NCBI GenBank assembly: GCA_964597975.1
Contig: CAZRAA010000002.1
Span: 12,156-68,631, forward strand
Direction: 5' to 3'
DNA from: an uncultured Thermoleophilaceae bacterium
Lineage (GTDB): Bacteria > Actinomycetota > Thermoleophilia > Solirubrobacterales > JACPNS01
DNA length: 56,476 bases
Shown: positions 54,229 to 56,476 of the stretch, one piece after another
How the letters are laid out: each line of letters starts with the position of its first letter
Position numbering within the stretch: the stretch's first letter is position 1
The notes under the pieces: model-generated
What the model saw: the letters and a program-made list of their open reading frames with translations, nothing else
Databases searched by the model: none
Told to the model about the DNA's origin: nothing
Made by a program: the position numbers and the translations under genes

Positions 54229-54260
54229 GCCCCGGCCAGACGGGCAGTAGGCTGAGGTTG

Positions 54261-54890
54261 ATGAGCACTCCGCAGGGTCTGTATCAGTGGCTGGCGCTCG
54301 CCGGGGCGGCGATCGCGGTTCTCTGCCTGTTGCTGTTGATCTGGAACGCTCTCGCGCTCAGGCGGGTGCGCCGCGCACAGAAGGTCATCCTCGCCGGAGG
54401 GCAGCGCGATGTGGTCGCGCACGCCGAGGCATTGCAGCGGGAGTTCGTGACGCTGCGTGACTGGCTCGATGATGTCTCGGTCGTGCTTGACAAGCGCATG
54501 TCGCGGCTTGAGACGCGGCTCGACGGCGCCGTCACCCACACGGCAATGGTCCGCTACGACGCCTTCGGCGCGAAGTCCGGAAAGCAGTCGAGCAGCGTTG
54601 CCCTGCTCGACGAGCACAAGACCGGCGTCGTGCTGACGGCGATCGTCAGTCGCAACTTCTCCCACCTCTACGTCAAGAACCTCACAGCTGGCATATCTGA
54701 CATCGATCTCTCGCCGGAGGAGCGCCACGCAGTCGAGCTGGCGTTCGCCGCGCCCGGTGAGCCACCGGCGCCGCCGGCCCCGCCGGCACCGACCCGGGTT
54801 GTCAGCGCCTCGCCGGCCAAACCACCGGAGCCGCCGGGAACTCCCGAGGTGCGCCAAAACGATCAGCAGCAGGCGGGCATTGACCGCTGA
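54261..54890 (+). CDS. DUF4446 family protein
   Basis: TM plus coiled coil, then VRYDAF...GKQSSSVALLDEH..GVVLT...LSPEE. Confidence 0.82.
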   Translation: MSTPQGLYQWLALAGAAIAVLCLLLLIWNALALRRVRRAQKVILAGGQRDVVAHAEALQREFVTLRDWLDDVSVVLDKRMSRLETRLDGAVTHTAMVRYDAFGAKSGKQSSSVALLDEHKTGVVLTAIVSRNFSHLYVKNLTAGISDIDLSPEERHAVELAFAAPGEPPAPPAPPAPTRVVSASPAKPPEPPGTPEVRQNDQQQAGIDR

Positions 54891-55770
54891 GGGTCAGTCA
54901 GGACCCCGCCGGATCGGCCACCTCGGACCGCCGGGCACCCACGGCGAGGAAGCATTGCGCGCTGCGCTCGGCGAGCAGGTCGAGGGAGTCACCCTGGTTG
55001 CGCTCGAATCGAACGGCGACGTCGTGCGCGCCGTCGAACGCGGGGACGTCGAAGCCGGGTTCGTGCCGATTGAGAACTCAATCGAGGGTGCCGTCACCGA
55101 GACGCTCGACGCGCTGGTGCACGACGCGCCGGGCGTTCAGATCGTCGGTGAAGTCGTCTGGCCGGCGCACCATTGCTTGATCGCCGCTGAAGATATGCCT
55201 CTGGAGGCGATCGGAATTGTCACCTCGCACCCGCAGGCGCTCGCGCAGTGCGCACGCTTCATCGCGGAGAACATGCCGCGTGCCGAGAAGCTCGCGCAGG
55301 TCTCCACGGCCGGCGCGGTGCGTCACGCAATCGTCAACGCCGACGGATACGCGGCGATCGGTTCGTCGATTGCCGCCGAGATCTATGGCGGAGTCGTCCT
55401 GCGTTCGAACATAGAAGACGTCGCCGGTAACAAGACCCGCTTCGTCTGGCTGGCGAAGCAGCCGCTGGATTCGCCCTGGGCCGGCAACCCGGGCGACGCC
55501 GCGACGAAGACGTCCCTGGTCTTCTCGGGTTTCAACGACACCTCTCCGGGCGGCCTCGTGAGCATCCTTAGCGAGTTTGCTGAACGTGACGTGAATATGA
55601 GCAAGATCGAATCGCGACCGGAGCGCACGTCGCTCGGGCACTATCTCTTCTTCGTGGATCTCGACGGAGCGACAGATGACGCGCCCGTGACCGACGCGAT
55701 CGAAGGTGTGCGCTCGAAGGTGAAGTCCCTGCGCGTACTCGGCTCCTTCAACGCGTTCGAGGCCGAGTAG
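54880..55770 (+). CDS. pheA: Prephenate dehydratase
   Basis: LGPPGT, VPIENSIEG, SHPQALAQC, NKTRF and ACT-domain KIESRP; TTG start at 54880. Confidence 0.94.
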   Translation: MTAEGQSGPRRIGHLGPPGTHGEEALRAALGEQVEGVTLVALESNGDVVRAVERGDVEAGFVPIENSIEGAVTETLDALVHDAPGVQIVGEVVWPAHHCLIAAEDMPLEAIGIVTSHPQALAQCARFIAENMPRAEKLAQVSTAGAVRHAIVNADGYAAIGSSIAAEIYGGVVLRSNIEDVAGNKTRFVWLAKQPLDSPWAGNPGDAATKTSLVFSGFNDTSPGGLVSILSEFAERDVNMSKIESRPERTSLGHYLFFVDLDGATDDAPVTDAIEGVRSKVKSLRVLGSFNAFEAE

Positions 55771-55814
55771 CGCTCGCGCCGCCCGCGGCGCCCTCTAGAC
55801 TGCCAAGCAATCCG

Positions 55815-56476
55815 ATGGCCAGCAAGGCGGCGCCACGCTCGAGCAGTGACTGCTCTGAGCCCGGCGAGGTAACCGGGCTCACCCGGCCGGAGATTCTCGA
55901 CTCTCCGGCTGCTGGTTCTCTTGCGCCGCAAACGCCCGCCGGAGCCCGATTCTCATCGCTGACCGGCCCGCCGCCTTCGCTCCACGTGCACCAAGAGGGC
56001 AGCGCCCTTCGCGGTCGAGTGCTGGTGCTGAACGCCTCGTTCGAGCCGATCAACGTCTGCACCGTACGCCGGGCGATCGTGCTGATTTTGAAGGAAAAGG
56101 CCGAGGTGCTTGACGAACACGACATCGAACTGCACTCGGAGCGCAGCTCGATGACGCGACCGGCCGTGATCCGCCTGCGCACCTACGTGCGGATTCCGTA
56201 CCAGTCATTCCGCCGCAAGATCACGCGTCGTGCAGTCTTCGCTCGCGACGGCTGGGAGTGTCAATACTGCGGCCGCAAGGGTTCGTTGACGATGGACCAT
56301 GTCGTGCCGCGCAGCAAGGGCGGTGACACCTCATGGGAGAACGTCGTCGCTTGCTGCGCGACGTGCAATCGCCGCAAGGGCGACCGCAGCGTCTCGCAGA
56401 GCGGCATGAAACTCCGCACGCGTCCGCTGCCGCCGCACCCGACGATCTTCATTCATGTGGCCTCGCCGACGATTCC
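55815..56476 (+). CDS. HNH endonuclease (McrA-like, conserved actinobacterial type), 3' end runs off window
   Basis: RVLVLNASFEP...PAVIRL...RRAVFARDGWECQYCG...TMDHVVPRSKGG...WENVVACCATCNRRKG. The true start may be downstream (about 55986-56019). Confidence 0.88.
   Translation, partial: MASKAAPRSSSDCSEPGEVTGLTRPEILDSPAAGSLAPQTPAGARFSSLTGPPPSLHVHQEGSALRGRVLVLNASFEPINVCTVRRAIVLILKEKAEVLDEHDIELHSERSSMTRPAVIRLRTYVRIPYQSFRRKITRRAVFARDGWECQYCGRKGSLTMDHVVPRSKGGDTSWENVVACCATCNRRKGDRSVSQSGMKLRTRPLPPHPTIFIHVASPTI

Noticed and set aside
55815..56476. HNH gene as a mobile element, IscB/Cas9 or defence system
   Set aside because: Matches the short conserved VLVLNAS-type HNH family. No RuvC motifs, repeats or transposon ends are visible, and the downstream context lies outside the window.

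Overview
High-GC actinobacterial chromosomal segment; gene content and style suggest Thermoleophilia/Solirubrobacterales (inference). The left two-thirds is a cell-envelope glycopolymer locus: initiating sugar transferase, GT2/GT4 glycosyltransferases, Wzx flippase, O-antigen ligase/polymerase-like protein, PglF/CapD dehydratase, DegT aminotransferase, DUF354, a LytR_C protein, two DedA proteins and UppP. Embedded in it is a 19.3-kb gene for a ~6,400-aa secreted protein made of 14 tandem ~430-aa two-domain (A+B) Cys-patterned repeats with a Lys-rich C-terminal tail, preceded by a sigma28/WhiG-like promoter. Directly upstream of that gene is a triad of glycerol-1-phosphate dehydrogenase, cytidylyltransferase and an atypical CDP-alcohol phosphotransferase. 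The right third holds purM, a Ser/Thr kinase, dsbA-vkor, ddl, a variant fhaA-fhaB-pstP-rodA-pbpA-pknB operon headed by a multi-TM kinase, CARDB and DUF4446 genes, pheA and a partial HNH nuclease. Many genes appear leaderless. I saw no rRNA, tRNA, CRISPR array or mobile element. The best candidate novel system is a giant disulfide-stabilised surface protein possibly anchored to, or decorated by, a co-encoded glycerol-1-phosphate-modified polysaccharide; that link is a hypothesis.
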